This document shows positions 50,903 through 64,000 of a DNA stretch of 64,000 nucleotides, one piece after another. This DNA comes from Leidyana gryllorum EB-2025a (Eukaryota; Protista; Apicomplexa), in contig JBLWGC010000002.1 of NCBI GenBank assembly GCA_048772705.1, positions 62,001 to 126,000 of the forward strand, given 5' to 3'. The translations under genes and the position numbers were made by a program. The first letter of the stretch is position 1. Each line of letters begins with the position of its first letter. Below the pieces are notes generated by a model that was given only the letters and a program-made list of their open reading frames with translations, ran no database searches and was not told the DNA's origin.

Positions 50903-53078
50903 CTATTCACTAGGGTGAGCTACAACAGCAGTAGCCCCCTCTTCTTCTTGCATAGCTTGACGTCGCAGCTCATTGCTCTCCTCAACCAGCCGTTGACGAC
51001 TTTTAGAGTACTTGCGGATGTCAGCCGGGTCAAATCCTTTCTCTTGGCCTCCAAACAGCGCCCACGCGGGTGCTTCTGTTGAGTAGGCAAGCGGACTGAT
51101 TTTTTGTCCTCGCTTTAATGCAGCAGCCTGATGATGAAGACCCAACGATCGTACGTGTACTCGATTTCCCACTCACCCATTCAAAAAACGCTGGGTAATC
51201 AATCCAGAGTTTCCATCCCCCAGTTTCTTGGCTTCGGTACTGACTTTGGGCTATCAGCACAGAACAAGAATGTTCGTGTTCCAATGCCACATCGTACACT
51301 GGGAGCAGATTTGGGTCTTCTATTGTTGTTCTGTACACTTCTCCCAACTGTAATCGTCGAAAGTGATCCAATCGCCCCTTCAAATCTTTCGCGAAGGCTA
51401 TGACTTCTTCGTGAGTGGGCACATTTGTCATGCGGATTCCACTCGTCAAGTCACCTCCCGAGAATGTCACCCCTTTGAGCTCTATCAAATGCGGGTGACC
51501 CCATTCAATCAGTCGGACATATCCGTCCAGATCAGCGATATTGTATCCTTTAACCAATGTCAAACGGTAAACTGTTCTTTCAGGCCGTTGGCGAATAGCT
51601 CGCAAGCTTCTTTCGAAACGCTCCCAGAAGTCATTGAATAATGGACGATCTGCCAGGAACAAAGCGTTTGATAATCATGTGTGTGTGGTGTGTGCCAAGG
51701 CCACCCGTCAACCCCGGGCAACGACCTCATTCGCTATTGTTGGACTCACCTATGCGTCGCAAAGCTTCTTTATTGCTCGCATCGATACTGACGTACAGCT
51801 GTGTACATGCGGTTATAGACTCAATTTGTTCGGGAAATTGAGCATTAGTAACCTACAGATGAGCCCAATGATGATATTGAAAAGCGTACGACTTCTTGCC
51901 AGGCAAATGCAGCCACTTACCAGGAAGGTAGATACCGATCGCGAGTGCAATTCGTCCAACAGCTCACTAATTCGTGGGTACATTATGGGTTCCCCTACCA
52001 AAGAAAGGGCGCAATGTCGCACTTGCAACCCTTCTTCGAATCTTTTAGTCTCCAAGACACCGGGCATACCCTTCAACTGCTTCATCATATCATACTGATG
52101 TTTTAACCCCTCTTTCACTATAAAATCGGGCGCATCAGTCTCCCATTTCCATTCGCGCGCCACCGGATTCTTGTGATGTCGCCAGCAGAACACGCATTTG
52201 TTCGCGCAGGCAAGGGATGGTGTTGCCTCCATGCATTGGTGCGATTGAATTCCATAGAAAGTATGCTTGTAGCATCCTCCACGACCTCGCAACTGATGCT
52301 TCGTCCATCTGCACAATTTCACAGCGGAGTGAGAACCTATCAGTCGATATCCTTGTTTACGCAGAACAATTGCTTGATTTTCCCCTATCATGGGAGAACC
52401 AAAATCTTCTATGTCAGCTATGTCGGGATTATCATCACTCTCAAATGACGTGTCTGTTCCGTCATCCATCTCACTATCGTCGAACTCGTCATTACGGCCT
52501 TTGTCCTCAGCCATGTACCTCAGACGCTCCACCAAAAAGGAGATTCTGGGAGCCACGTTCCCGGACTTGCCATGATTTCTATCCGCAGCATCAATTAATG
52601 CTGGTCGCAAGTGTCGAAATGCACCCAACTTGCGCAGTACCAAATCAAAGCGCAAAGCAGCTTTGCAGAAGCTCTGCCCACCATAATTCATATCGCCGTA
52701 CGCAATGGTGACAAAATGGAGCCCACGATATACTCGAGGATCTTCTCGATGATCGTTGGCTCTGTCTTCCAAATCAAGCATTACCGACTTCATACTTTTG
52801 GGGGCTTCACCATTCGTCGCCGTAGCCACAAGGAAGATCACATAATGTACGGCCCCATTCAAGACAACAGGGTCGAGCCACAAATGGGTTTCATCGATTG
52901 AGGCTACCTGAAAGGCGAAACGCTCCTTTTCGGTGGAAAGATACGGCCGGCCTTCGTCAGATACTTGTAAAGGCAGCTCTACCCTCTCAGCTATTTCTTG
53001 GGCAACTTGATGGGCCCTTTGCCTTGTGCTACCGTACTCAGACGCAAACACAGCAAGCGCGCACACGCGCATTGACAT
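50903..53078 (-). CDS. TYW1: tRNA 4-demethylwyosine synthase TYW1 (flavodoxin plus radical SAM), multi-exon
   Basis: Flavodoxin-like N-terminus ([15 protein letters not shown]); [13 protein letters not shown]; [11 protein letters not shown]; CANKCVFC radical-SAM motif; [10 protein letters not shown]; EHEHSC; STEAPAWA...GFDP. Confidence 0.95.
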
Positions 53079-53096
53079 TTTTTTTCACCTGTCATA

Positions 53097-54225
53097 ATGA
53101 TGGACTTTGTTGAGCGCAGGAAGCCAAAGGAGCAGGCAGAAGATGTGACCGACGCTCACCAACAGGAAACAGATTGTGGACCTGTGCAATTAGAATCATT
53201 GTTGACAAAAGGCATCAGCACTAAAGAAATTGAACTGTTACGAACTGGTGGATTCTACACTGTGGAATGCATAGCCTACTCGCCAGACCGAGCTATAACA
53301 GCTATCAAAGGAATATCAGATCAGAAATGTGAGAAACTGAAGGCCGCTTGCTCAGAATTAGTCACCATGGATTTCTGTTCTGCTACCGACTTCCTTGAGG
53401 ATCGAACCCAACTAGTCAAATTCACCACTGGCAGCAGCTCATTGGACGCCCTTCTGGAGGGTGGTATCGAAACAGGGTCTATCACAGAACTATGCGGAGA
53501 GTATAGAAGCGGAAAAACCCAGCTTTGCCATACCTTAGCTGTCACCTGCCAACTGTCCGCCACCAAGGGAGGTGGAGGCGGTGACGGCCGTTGTATGTGG
53601 ATAGATACCGAGTGCACATTCAGACCAGAACGTTTGGTGGCCATAGCTAATCGCTTCGGACTCAATGCGGCAAATGTTCTTGAGCAAGTCATATATGCGC
53701 GAGCACACAACACAGATCACTTATTGGAACTTCTCATCAAAGCTGCTGCAATCATGTCAAAATCGAGATTTGCGCTTCTGGTGGTAGACTCCATCATAGC
53801 TCTATACCGCTCCGAATTCAATGGACGAGGAGAATTGGCCGCACGTCAAATGCATCTTGGCCGGACATTGCGAGCACTGCAGGTAAGCATTACGACAAAC
53901 ATTGCGATGTAGATAGACCCTTCAGAAACTGGCCGACACATTCGGCGTTGCCATCATCTGCACCAACCAAGTAATGGCCAAGGTTGACGGCATGCCAGGC
54001 CAAGACAAAGTACCGACTGGAGGCCACGTGCTCGCTCATGCTGTTCAAACACGTCTGTTCCTCCGCAAAGGTGAGGCTGAATCACACATGCATAGATTTG
54101 CTCAATTTCATTCAGGCCGAGGTGATGTACGAATCTGCAAGATCATTGATAGTCCATCGCTTCCCGAAGCAGAAGCTTGTTTCGCCTTGTCAAAAGGTGG
54201 TATCATCAACGCTCCTCAACAGTGA
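53097..54225 (+). CDS. RAD51: RAD51 recombinase, 3 exons (introns 53883-53925 and 54071-54115)
   Basis: [10 protein letters not shown], Walker [18 protein letters not shown], Walker B LLVVDS and [12 protein letters not shown] are RAD51-type rather than DMC1-type; both introns splice in frame. Confidence 0.9.
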
Positions 54226-54260
54226 AGCAAAAAAAAACTATTTATGCTCTTAAGAAGCGT

Positions 54261-54971
54261 ATGACGATATATCAAGCGTTCAAGACCAAGCAACAAGAAG
54301 GCGAGGATGTAACAGTATTCGCACAACGCCTGAAGAGAGGGCTTATCCCAGCACAATTGCCGGACCGTGTCTTGCGGGATGTCTTCATACAGAACATCCG
54401 CTGCAATAAGATGCGACGAATGCTACAAGTGCGGAATCCATTGGGCTTCACACACGCAGTTCAGCTCGCACACGAATGGGACGAGCGTGAAAAGGCGTGC
54501 TCCCCCATTCAAGCCGACTTATATCCCGATGGCAAGGGATCCGGGGACGCGAACAGACGTATGAGTGATCATAGTGACCCCTCAATGGAAAGTTTGAGTA
54601 CAACCGCAAGTTCCTTGCGAAATAGCATAGTGTCTAGTTTGCAGCGCAGTTCACTGCCTGCTGACCTTGCACACGAGTTTGCCGACTTACTTGAAGATAT
54701 TCAGAGCTGCATGTTTCTGGCTCCTGATAATCGTGACAAATATCGAGACTTGAGTCCTTCGGAAATCAAGGATCTGCTCGCTCGCACCCCCAAGCCGAAA
54801 GAAAGGCACGAGGAGTTTTTCTGCGCATTCGAGCTATTCCGATTCCGTGTCGGTATATTCCAATTCAGGGTTGGACAACCATGGGTCATCTTCCCCATCA
54901 AGACTCCTTCATGGATGTTGTGGCTCAACGATCAGCTCCCAGACAGTGTTGTCGTCCCTGGTGCTCTGTAA
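54261..54971 (+). CDS. Hypothetical protein with N-terminal retrotransposon gag (capsid C-terminal domain)-like segment
   Basis: KQQEGEDVTVFAQRLKR...LRDVFIQNI...NPLGFTHAVQLAHEWD resembles the gag Qx3EsVxxY/FxxRL motif and the helices that follow it. Confidence 0.55.
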   Translation: MTIYQAFKTKQQEGEDVTVFAQRLKRGLIPAQLPDRVLRDVFIQNIRCNKMRRMLQVRNPLGFTHAVQLAHEWDEREKACSPIQADLYPDGKGSGDANRRMSDHSDPSMESLSTTASSLRNSIVSSLQRSSLPADLAHEFADLLEDIQSCMFLAPDNRDKYRDLSPSEIKDLLARTPKPKERHEEFFCAFELFRFRVGIFQFRVGQPWVIFPIKTPSWMLWLNDQLPDSVVVPGAL

Positions 54972-55186
54972 ACATTCATTTTTCGAACATCTGTGTTTCA
55001 TCATATAGCAAGAAAAAGAACACGCCAGATACAAAGGTTATCCAAACGGCATTGCGTCTGTTTTCTCACAATGCGCAATATAGTACAGAATATTGAACAG
55101 ATCATCATATTCATAATAGAGCATTATTCACGGTAGTTTTATGTTCTGCCTCTGTCACTGCAGTTGGTCCTTATTTGGGTGTCCAA

Positions 55187-56934
55187 TCAGATGCAGAGTT
55201 GACGGCTTTTCAAGAACTCGTGGATGCTGTGCACCTTCCCGACAGCATCTTCAGAAGAATTGATGACGAGATCGGGGTTTTCTGGCTCCTCATAGGGATC
55301 CGAAATACCAGTGAATTGCTTGATGATGCCGATGCGAGCCTTCTTGTACAACTCTTTGATGTCACGTGACTCGCACACAGACAGTGGGGTGGAGACGAAT
55401 ATCTCCATGTAGTGTCCTCCCACGCTCTCGATCAAACGACGATTATACTCGCGATCTTCCTTGTAGGGGGCGATGTTGGCCACGAGGCAGATGCCTCCGT
55501 GTTTGACAATCTCAGATGCCACATAGCCAATACGGCGAACATTAAGGCTGCGATCTTCCTTAGAGAAGCCCAATCCTTTCGACAAGTGGGTGCGGATGAT
55601 GTCGGCGTCTAGTACAGTAACCTTGCGCTCTTCCGATCGGCTTTCCAGCAAGACTGCTTCCAAGGCACAAGCCAATGTACTTTTGCCGGCACAAGGCAGA
55701 CCAGTGAAGTACACACATAGTCCTCGTTTGTGAAGGGGAGGGTACGCGGAGTGTAGCTCTTGCACAACATCTTTGAAACAGAACCATTCCGGCACTGGCT
55801 CCCGCTTGGTCAACATGGACCGGAATTGAGTGCCTGAAATCGACTGGGCCCGGCCTTGGTACTGAGGGCCATCCTGCACATATCCTTCGCCTTCCACATA
55901 GACCATATTGGTGCCAAAAACTGCCGAAATGCCCAGTTCACCGGCGAATTTGTTGATCAGATCATGTGCCTCGTAAGGTCCGAAGTATGACGAGCCGTCG
56001 GAGCGCTTGCAAGATGGGCCAGCATGATCACGGCCGACTATGAAGTGAGAACATCCATAGTTTCGGCGGATGATGGCGTGCCACACTGCTTCACGGGGTC
56101 CTCCCATTCGCATTGCTATCGGCAACAGAACCAGGAGCGGTTCTTCCTCATAATGGCCCAAAATCTTCTCGTACACTCGCACTCGGACTCTGTAGTCAAC
56201 ATCCCCTGGCTGTGTGGGACCGACCGCGGGGGTAATCATGAGCTTGGCGGGCTGGCCAGTCTTCTCTGCGACATCTCTAAGAGCCTGGTGGTGAAATTTC
56301 AGGAAACAGCTCCATTCACTCAACTCACCTTCCGAGTAAGCTCGAAGTGGCTTCGGTGCATCGGGTTTCGCGTTTGGAACCCAACAACATTGTGCCATTT
56401 GCGTTCTGCGAGACGCTGTTTCACTTGGGCGGGGGTGAGACGATATCGATTGAAATCGAAGTGGGTGATCGGGTGTTTCGGAGTGAGAACACCACCCACA
56501 TAGAGGCAGTTGGTGAAGTAAGCTGTCATGTACTTGGAGTAGGGATGGCTAGCATTGTCAGCTCCAAACATAGCCTCTTTCTCTCCCGCCAAGTCGGGCT
56601 TGAAGACGGAGGTCACAGTGAGTTCAGCAACCAAAGCATTGGTCTTATCCCTCAATTTGATGCACTGGGAACCCTCAGAAGTTCGATTACCCTTGGCAAG
56701 GGGTGCTGGGATGGGTAGAACGATCGGAATGGTCCATGGATGTCCATTGCTCAGTCGCAGATCCCGGAGGCAGCCTAGATAGTCGGCTAAACACATGTAT
56801 CCGTTGAGAGGAGCCATGCCACCGTTGAGCAGCAATTCGAGGTCGCACATCGCCCTTTCTTCCAGCACCCATTCTGTGGGCACTTCAACATTCGCGACTA
56901 GTTCTGTAAGAAGCGGCCAATCTTCGGACGTCAT
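55187..56934 (-). CDS. Bifunctional ATP sulfurylase / APS kinase (PAPS synthase; sulfurylase N-terminal), intron 56285-56328
   Basis: FQTRNPMHRSH; GPREAVWHAIIRRNYGCSHFIVGRDHAG; kinase P-loop GLPCAGKST; LDADIIRTHLSKGLGFSKEDR; FTGISDPYEEP. The 44-nt GTGAGT...CAG intron joins the two ORFs. Start is uncertain. Confidence 0.93.
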
Positions 56935-57064
56935 TGGTTTCAATGCGCGTGTTTGTAAGCACACGTCTCCGATCGATCGAACACGCTGTCATCCAGTCAT
57001 AGAACAAGCACCAGCACGCGAGGTGTGGTCCAAAAACGGGGGGTACGGGGTTTTTGAGCAGTAA

Positions 57065-60000
57065 ATGGTGGAAATACTGCGATCAGTAGCCCAGGAAGCA
57101 CGGTGGTTCCCAGCAGATATCTCTTATTACTGGACTCCTCGGGTATTGGTCTGTCGGGAAGTAAATACGCCGTGGGACTTCTATGAAAGTTTCGTTGAAG
57201 TAGCCAATGAGTACGGAAGCAGCCATCTTCCGGCTTTCCCGGCCTCTGAAGGGTCTGAATTGCAATTGAAGGTGGTATTCGCGATGCCTGATCCCCGGTA
57301 TATGCAGTTCATGGACGTTCCGCAAGTGGCTCATAGTATGGCTTCGATCTTTTGGCGGGGCATCTTATTGTATATGGCGAGAGCTCCGAACGAAGGGAGT
57401 TTACGTTACATCCAGAGGAGCACGGAGTTGTTCCAGCGAGCATCGTTAGGGCGCGGCATAGAGAAGGTATCAGTAGCGGTGTGTGAATGTGGCTGGGCGG
57501 AGAAAGACAAGAGCCAGTTTGTGACCTTCTGCGAAGAACGTGGTATCTCAGTTACTTTCATTGGCGTAACTGCTAGGCAAGTGGACGACCCAGTGACATT
57601 GTCAAAGCACGAGGAGTTCAGAAGCGGTATGGAGAAATTCGTCAAGACGGTATACCAAGAAGTCATGCGTCAGATATCGGTGCGAGTAGAATCGGACGCG
57701 GTGGAGCAGGATCTGATGGCTTCTCAGGAGGACAGTTCCGTTATGAGGGGCGCGGCTGAGGCGGCTTCATCATCACATCGTCGGCAAAACGCGGATGCGA
57801 AGCTGCGAAAGCAGCGGGCAGACTGTGCATTGCTACTGGACGACCCTGTGCTCGCACTGAGTCATTACGGGGCTGCAAGTGATCTTTACCGGCAATTGAA
57901 CCATCCGATGGGTCAGGCTGTGTGCTGCGAGGGTGTTGCCGCGTCTTTGATGAAATACCATGAGCAACGAAGGCAGAACGGGAAGAAGTCGGCTAAACTA
58001 TCCCCCAGCGGGACAGAGTCGTTGGCGGTGGATCAAGAAACGGCATCAGTGACGACCCCAATGTCTACACAGTTACACTCTACTTCACCAGTATCAGCCA
58101 GCTACCTCTTTCACACCGGAATGCTCGGTAATCTTCCCGGCCCGGTAGAGAACGTGGTGAAGGAAGCTTTGATGCCCAAGCGGGGAGGTACATCGCTGTT
58201 GCAAAACTTGTTTCTGGACCGTACGGCGCCTGCGCTTCCGTCAACGTTATCTGATCTGACTGGAACCTTTGGAGAGGTTGGGGGTGATCGAGGTGCGAAA
58301 GCCGAGCGCAGTAGGCGAGCTTCGGTGGCGCCGTTGGCCGCCACCCCGGCAGTAGCGAACGGCGAAACTTCGTTGTCCATCATTATGACTGCTGCTGTTG
58401 CCAAGCTAAAGGAGGGAGCAGCAATGTACTCAAAAGTGAGGCCCGATCCTGACTGTGCGGCGACATTGGCCACACTGACAGCGGCATCGATTTTGGTGAT
58501 GTTGGAAGACCGTCCAACCGCGTTGGAAGCCGTAAATCACGTTCTGGAGGAATGTTTGCAATCCCAAAGCGCTTTGATGCCGTATATGGTTCTGACATGC
58601 GCCTCGCATTTCCTCAAGCTGAAAGCTATCCGCAAGTACGCGTGGTCCCTGCACCAACTGAATGTCAAGTTGCTCGATATAACTGTGGCAGCGGAACGCG
58701 AAAGTTTGCCGGTTGACCGAAACGTGTGGCGTTTGATTCACAAAGCGTCTCTATTGTTATCGCCGCACATTCACCTGCCACCGCACACGTTCTTATCGTT
58801 ACTTGATCGGCCCCCGACGCTGGATATCCAACCGGCGCCGCCTGGATACTCGGGACTGCGACTCATTGACGCTCTGATATACAGTGTGAGACAAATGGTT
58901 GCTGTAAACCAGAGCCATTATGACATCCTAAACTCTGTGGATCGTCAATCATGTTTGGATTTAAGCCCGCAGTCCAAGCAATTCTTATTGCAACATCTCA
59001 GCGAAGCCACCTTTAATCGCTACGATCGGCCTTCCAAGACTGGCCGGTGGCCGGCCATCCAGGCCACCACCTTAGACCGTCTACGGAAAGCCAGCGATCA
59101 TCTGAATCTCAATATTAATACATTGTGGTACTCCTACGCCGGCTTGTTACTGCTGTATGGAGCGTTTGACGCTCGCAGTCAGACCAGCGCCCAGCGACTT
59201 TTGGCCATGAAAGAGCTCCAACTGCAACTCAACGCACGAATGGCTCCCATACGCGAGCTGGACGCACACGACGACTCTCTGTTACCGACCAGGGCGTCCT
59301 ACAGCACCCGTTCCCACACGGTGCCGTGGCTCGTCCCGCCCTCCCTGTCAGTTGTGAGCCCTTTGGATCAAGATGAAGAGTGGAGTATCCACAGAGCTCT
59401 GGGGTGTCTGGGGCCATTGTCGTACCGAAGTCAACGACGACGGGTTCCGCCCTCCAAGCCGCGGCCCGGTACCACGGGACGACGGCGCGGAAAGCTCGGG
59501 ATTGGCCAACATGAAACACGACTTACTTTTCTCGGGGGGGTGGGTGGCGGACTGTATCCATATGTCCCGGTGGTATTGGGCCTGAAGCCCCAGGAGGCCC
59601 GTAAGATGGAGAGCCCCCGGAAGGCCGCATCGGGCAAAGTGATCAGTCGAGTTATCCCACGGCCCAGTGCTCAGAGACCCGATCATGGAGTCGCCGAACC
59701 CATGCAGGAGGGGATGCAGGAGGGTGTGTTTCTGTACAAACCCTGGCAGGACGAACAAGAAGTCGAGACCGATCGGGCGGAAACTCGAAAGTCCATTTAT
59801 TGGGCTGTTGGTGATCTTCATCGAGTAACTGTGTGCATTCGGAATCCACTCGCCATTGACATTCTTTTGGATCACTGTAAACTGCTCACTGAAGGCGTAG
59901 ATGCCGAGTGTCAGCCTTTGACAGTCGGACTCCCCCCCACTGGGCAACACGATGTCGCCTTTGAAGCACTGCTCGTCCCTCGTGCTGCTGGAATGATCTA

Positions 60001-62123
60001 TTTTCTCGGATTGGGCTATATGATTAGCCGAGTGGCCACAGCACAATGTCTCTGTTGGGACTCCCCCGAGCTCGGAGACGCTATCTTGGGATCTGAGGAT
60101 GACGCTAGACGGATTCTGGCTTCCGATGACCTCCTCAGGTAAGGTAAGGCCACCTTCCCACGGCTGACTTTGGCCAACTCTTCCGTACAGACGCAGCGCA
60201 TACGCTTCTGTGACCGTTGTTCCAGCCCTTCCGTCGCTCCACATTGTCGTCAAACCTGCGCTGTCACCTAACCAGTTCAAAAAAGACTATATCAAACTCA
60301 GTAAGTTAACTCGGCGCGGCTGATCCATCGATCGGCCCCTCATATGTCTCCATACTTCAATCTTAGGCTCTCAATGTTCGTCGGCGGCCCAGGATCCCTT
60401 TGACAGCCGTCCGAGAATGGCGCTCTTTCTGTCCCAATCGTCTGATGGCAGCACCGCCAGCCCCCTTCGAGGGCAACACTTTTGTCTCGAAATAATGCTC
60501 AAGAACCCCACCGGCTTTATGGTGGACGATCTGTGGCTCGTCCTCGCCCCCAACCCCGCCGAGACGCGGCCCGCCAACGTCATCGCCACCGCGGGAGACC
60601 ACCAAGTGACTTTTGAGGACGGCGAACTCTCAGAGTGTCTCAAGCTGACGTACTCTGAGTGTCCACTCAGACGGGAGGTCGTGGGCCCTCCACGCAGGGA
60701 ACCCGCACGAGCCATACACGATATCGATCCCGATTTGGTCTACCGAGACAAACTGCAGGTCCCATCGGGCACCTCTGAGACCATCATGGTGGAGGGACTG
60801 GCCTCCGAAGTCACCAAAACCTTCACCATTCGGTAAGACTCTGTCACAGAGAGAGGAGCAAAGGAAGTTCCCATTCGTCTGTGTCTCCAGAGCGCTGTAC
60901 GCCATGAAGGACGCTCAATTTCTGCGGGAAGACTCTGTGTCTATCAATCTGGGGTACCGTCCAGGACTGAGCTTTGTTCCGAAATCTCTGAGATTCTATC
61001 ACGACTACGTATTGCCATTCCACCATCTTCTGCCCTGCGCCATAGCGTCTCCACTCTACAGTCTGGAGGCCCGCACACGGTTTCACAACTTGTTGCTCGG
61101 GCTCGAGGGAGTGAAAAGCGAGTTTGACAGCCCAAACACACTGGTCATGATGGATCTCACAAACGAGGCCGACGTCAAGTTCCGCTGTGAAATTCACCCC
61201 AAAGCGGAATGGAACAGTGACGCTCGAATCGAAGGAGCCCTCGGCAACCGCGGCTTCTTTGTAGAAGCCATGGAGGACAGAAGAAGGTGAGGTCGCGCGT
61301 GTGTGTGTGCGCGCGCGCTGTTGAAATGTGATACTCCATTTGACAGGGTGATTATGCGGATCAATCGGTTCCTTAACTGTCAACATCCACTACGAAATCG
61401 GAGAGAGACCATTCTTGAGATTCTGGATGAACTTATGGAGGTCAGATGGCAAGCCGACCCCGATCTGGTTGGAAGACTGTTTTTCGTCGATATGATACGC
61501 GATACTGACTTATCACTACGGCGAGCGAAAACTGCTTCTGCATCTCGAGAGGCCCGCTGCAAGGTGGAGACTGATCGGGCCCGTAGCCTTTCGGGTTTTG
61601 CGGCTTTAACGCAACCTCGGGTGAGCAGCTTACATACACACAAAACACCCGCGACACTACATATGGAACTGCCAGCTGACCCTCCGTCTGGATATATTCG
61701 ACCACGAAGGAAATCCCATGAGACCAGCCACAGATGACCGATCGATCGTAAGATCAATCTCGCAGAAATATACACACACACTCTCCCCTGTAGGCCGTTA
61801 AACTGTACAGTTTGGTGCGGGTGAATGTGGCGATAGACATCAGTCCTGACGTGGGTGAGCCGCTGCAGAGCTGTCGAACTTACGTCATCCCTTTTCCGTC
61901 TGATCGACGGACGGAAGGGGACGCTGTGTCGTCGAATGAAGCATACTGCGTGGCTGGTTCACTGGAGGCTTACCACCCCGAACCGTTGGCCACCAAGTAT
62001 TGGCAAGAGTTGGCGTTGGTACCAACGGTTCCCGGTTTGCTACATTTGGCAGTCGCTTTATACGAAGAGTCAAGCCGCCAGTTCCACTGGCATTACAAAC
62101 CTGTCAGTTTGCTGGTGCGATAA
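57065..62123 (+). CDS. TRAPPC9: TRAPP II complex subunit TRAPPC9/Trs120-like, multi-exon
   Basis: AKLRKQRADCALL...ALSHY...CEGVAAS and VFLYKPW...WAVGD...VCIRNPLAIDI...LLTEGV match TRAPPC9/Trs120 blocks. GT donors near 60139, 60301, 60833 and 61287; 3' exon boundaries are approximate. Confidence 0.75.
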
Positions 62124-62255
62124 TATAGATGCACGCGCGCACACACACACGTTCTGATGGAAGAATTTCTCCATCTTTATTGTTTTCTAACCCGAAACTC
62201 TAACACACCACCCGATCGATCTCTCCTCCCAGTCAGTCAGTCAGTCAGTCATCAC

Positions 62256-64000
62256 TTAGAACCCTGATCTGGCGCTGCTCCGTGGCGACCGCCGGCTCCT
62301 CTTGCCCTTGCTCTTGAGGTCTTCTTCCAGCAGCGACCGCGTCCGTGCGACTGGAGGCGGTATCCAAGGCGCTGCACCACCGCTGATGTAGTCGGCGTGC
62401 CGAGGACAGCCAGGATCTTGGTACAAACCCGAGTTCTGCACACACAAAGACACACACAATGTCAAACGAAAGCACCAACCTCACACTTACCCCGAATACG
62501 TCTCCGCCAGCGAGATCGTGAGTGAAGGCTGGGAGGACGTCTTTGCGCGGGAGGACAACTGTTCTGCCGTAAGCGGGCAGATCGTAGCCGACCACACTTT
62601 CCACCGGACTCATACGAGAAATCGTGTAGTGCTCGGGAGTAACGTTGTGGATAACAATACGGCCCCACTGACTGGTCCTTCCGAAGGGTACTTTGACTTT
62701 GAACTGAGTTAGGCTCCTCTGCAGTTCTGTGAGTGGCAGTAAGGCGTGTCCCAAGGCTCCGACGGGTGCCTCAGAGTTTGGATGGAACTCGAAGATCCTG
62801 CGGCTGAGCTCTCGAATCAAATCTTCAGACATCGGCCGCGCGGCTCCCCCAATAGCACTCGGGTCGGCCAATTTCAACAGGTCTCGGACTGATGCATTGC
62901 GAGGAACAGTCATTGAGGGCGGCATAGTACTCTCTCCGAGTGGGAAGTATGTGAACCCGTCATCGGGCTCAGTGAACTCTGTATCGTCCTCGTCGTCTTC
63001 GTACTGACTGAATACTCTCATCGACAAACGCGCTTCACCCCGTTTTGGAGACTCGAATCTCTCCATATCACGCTGACGTTGGACCGCTCGTGAAGTGGAC
63101 GGGATCTCTTTGCTCGGCAGAGCCACGTGAACAATGAGGAGCTCGACCGGCTGTGAGACTTCTTGATGAGTGACAGTGGCGTCGGGGAAGATTTCCGGAG
63201 TATCGATGAATCGCACTCTGTCACTCAGAAGAGTCAATTCACCGTCCCGAACGACGGCCACCTTTTGCGTGGAGGCACACTCGGCGTTCTCATAGAACAG
63301 CTGACGCTCAGACTTGCGCACGCCATCTTTGTCCATCATTTGGGCGATCTCACGACACGCAGCAATGAACTGAAGAACAATGCAATGCAATGCAATTAAG
63401 GAACGAATGTTTTGAGAGGGTGGCAGACCGGTGGGTGGCAGACCGGTGGGGGGGCAGACGGCACACTCACCTTATGACGGAAATCGCGCGGTGTGTCCGA
63501 TGGGTGGACGCGGGTCAGACTCAGAGACGGATGGATCTCGCAGGGTCTGTTGAAGGATACAGAGATCTTTTGAGGGATTTGGAGTCTCATCGCGAGATTG
63601 ACGGTGCCGACAACGTCCTTATCGCGCCGAAGGACCACCTGACCTGCCCACTCTGCCCAAGGATCTCGGAAAGTGTCCCAAATATGGATTTGGGCGTGGC
63701 CGAGTACTTCTTCACGCGACTGATCCCACAATTCGATCATAATGATTGGGCTCTCCGGCTCGAGACGCAGCCGCGCTGTCCAATCGCCCCACAGTGGACT
63801 GAACGGATTCTTGGCGTTCTGTGAGATGACAAACCGACCACCCGACCGTACGCGAACATATGGCATCTGACAAAGGAGCGAAGGACCCAATGATGGATGA
63901 GTTTTGGGATCACAAACTCACCAAATCGCGACGTTCGAGTCTGTAGGGTCCGCCCAAATCCTCTGCTGATCGGAAGCCCACTCGGACGTGTTTTGGTGTC
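62256..64000 (-). CDS. Multi-exon hypothetical protein with a C2-like domain, 5' end probably outside the window
   Basis: Chained minus-strand ORFs (63396-63890, 62245-63390, 62256-62465) with splice-like junctions. NPFSPLW...IMIELWDQSREEVLGHAQIHI resembles a C2 domain. Confidence 0.55.

Noticed and set aside
53097-54225. DMC1
   Set aside because: The diagnostic residues ([19 protein letters not shown]) are RAD51-type.
59731-59754. LYKPWQDE in TRAPPC9 resembling the WQPW tail
   Set aside because: It is internal and corresponds to the conserved PFIYxP block of Trs120; coincidental.

Overview
Eukaryotic, gene-dense DNA with very short GT-AG introns (38-52 nt where I resolved them). The gene content (giant modular type I PKS/FAS, IMP2-family protein, secreted integrin-beta-like VWA protein) suggests an apicomplexan, probably a gregarine; this is inference. 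Left end: the 3' 14.5 kb of a modular PKS ending in ACP-(SAM-like)-thioester reductase-sulfotransferase. About 41 kb away lies a bifunctional ATP sulfurylase/APS kinase that could supply PAPS. Middle (19.8-46.1 kb): a head-to-tail array of 8 intact intronless paralogs plus one pseudogene of a family I do not recognise. They share a non-classical N-terminal leader and a conserved core, and have fast-evolving tails carrying PY-NLS-like, PLNLS, LxxLL and C-terminal [LM]WQ[PV]Wxxx motifs. They are candidate host-nucleus effectors mimicking animal transcription-factor motifs. The array shows gene-conversion tracts and a young Ty3/Gypsy LTR retrotransposon (matching 179-bp LTRs, GCCCC target-site duplication). 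Right: a compact housekeeping block (Pro-rich protein, 4-TM protein, IMP2-like, TYW1, RAD51, gag-like ORF, PAPS synthase, TRAPPC9/Trs120, C2-like protein).
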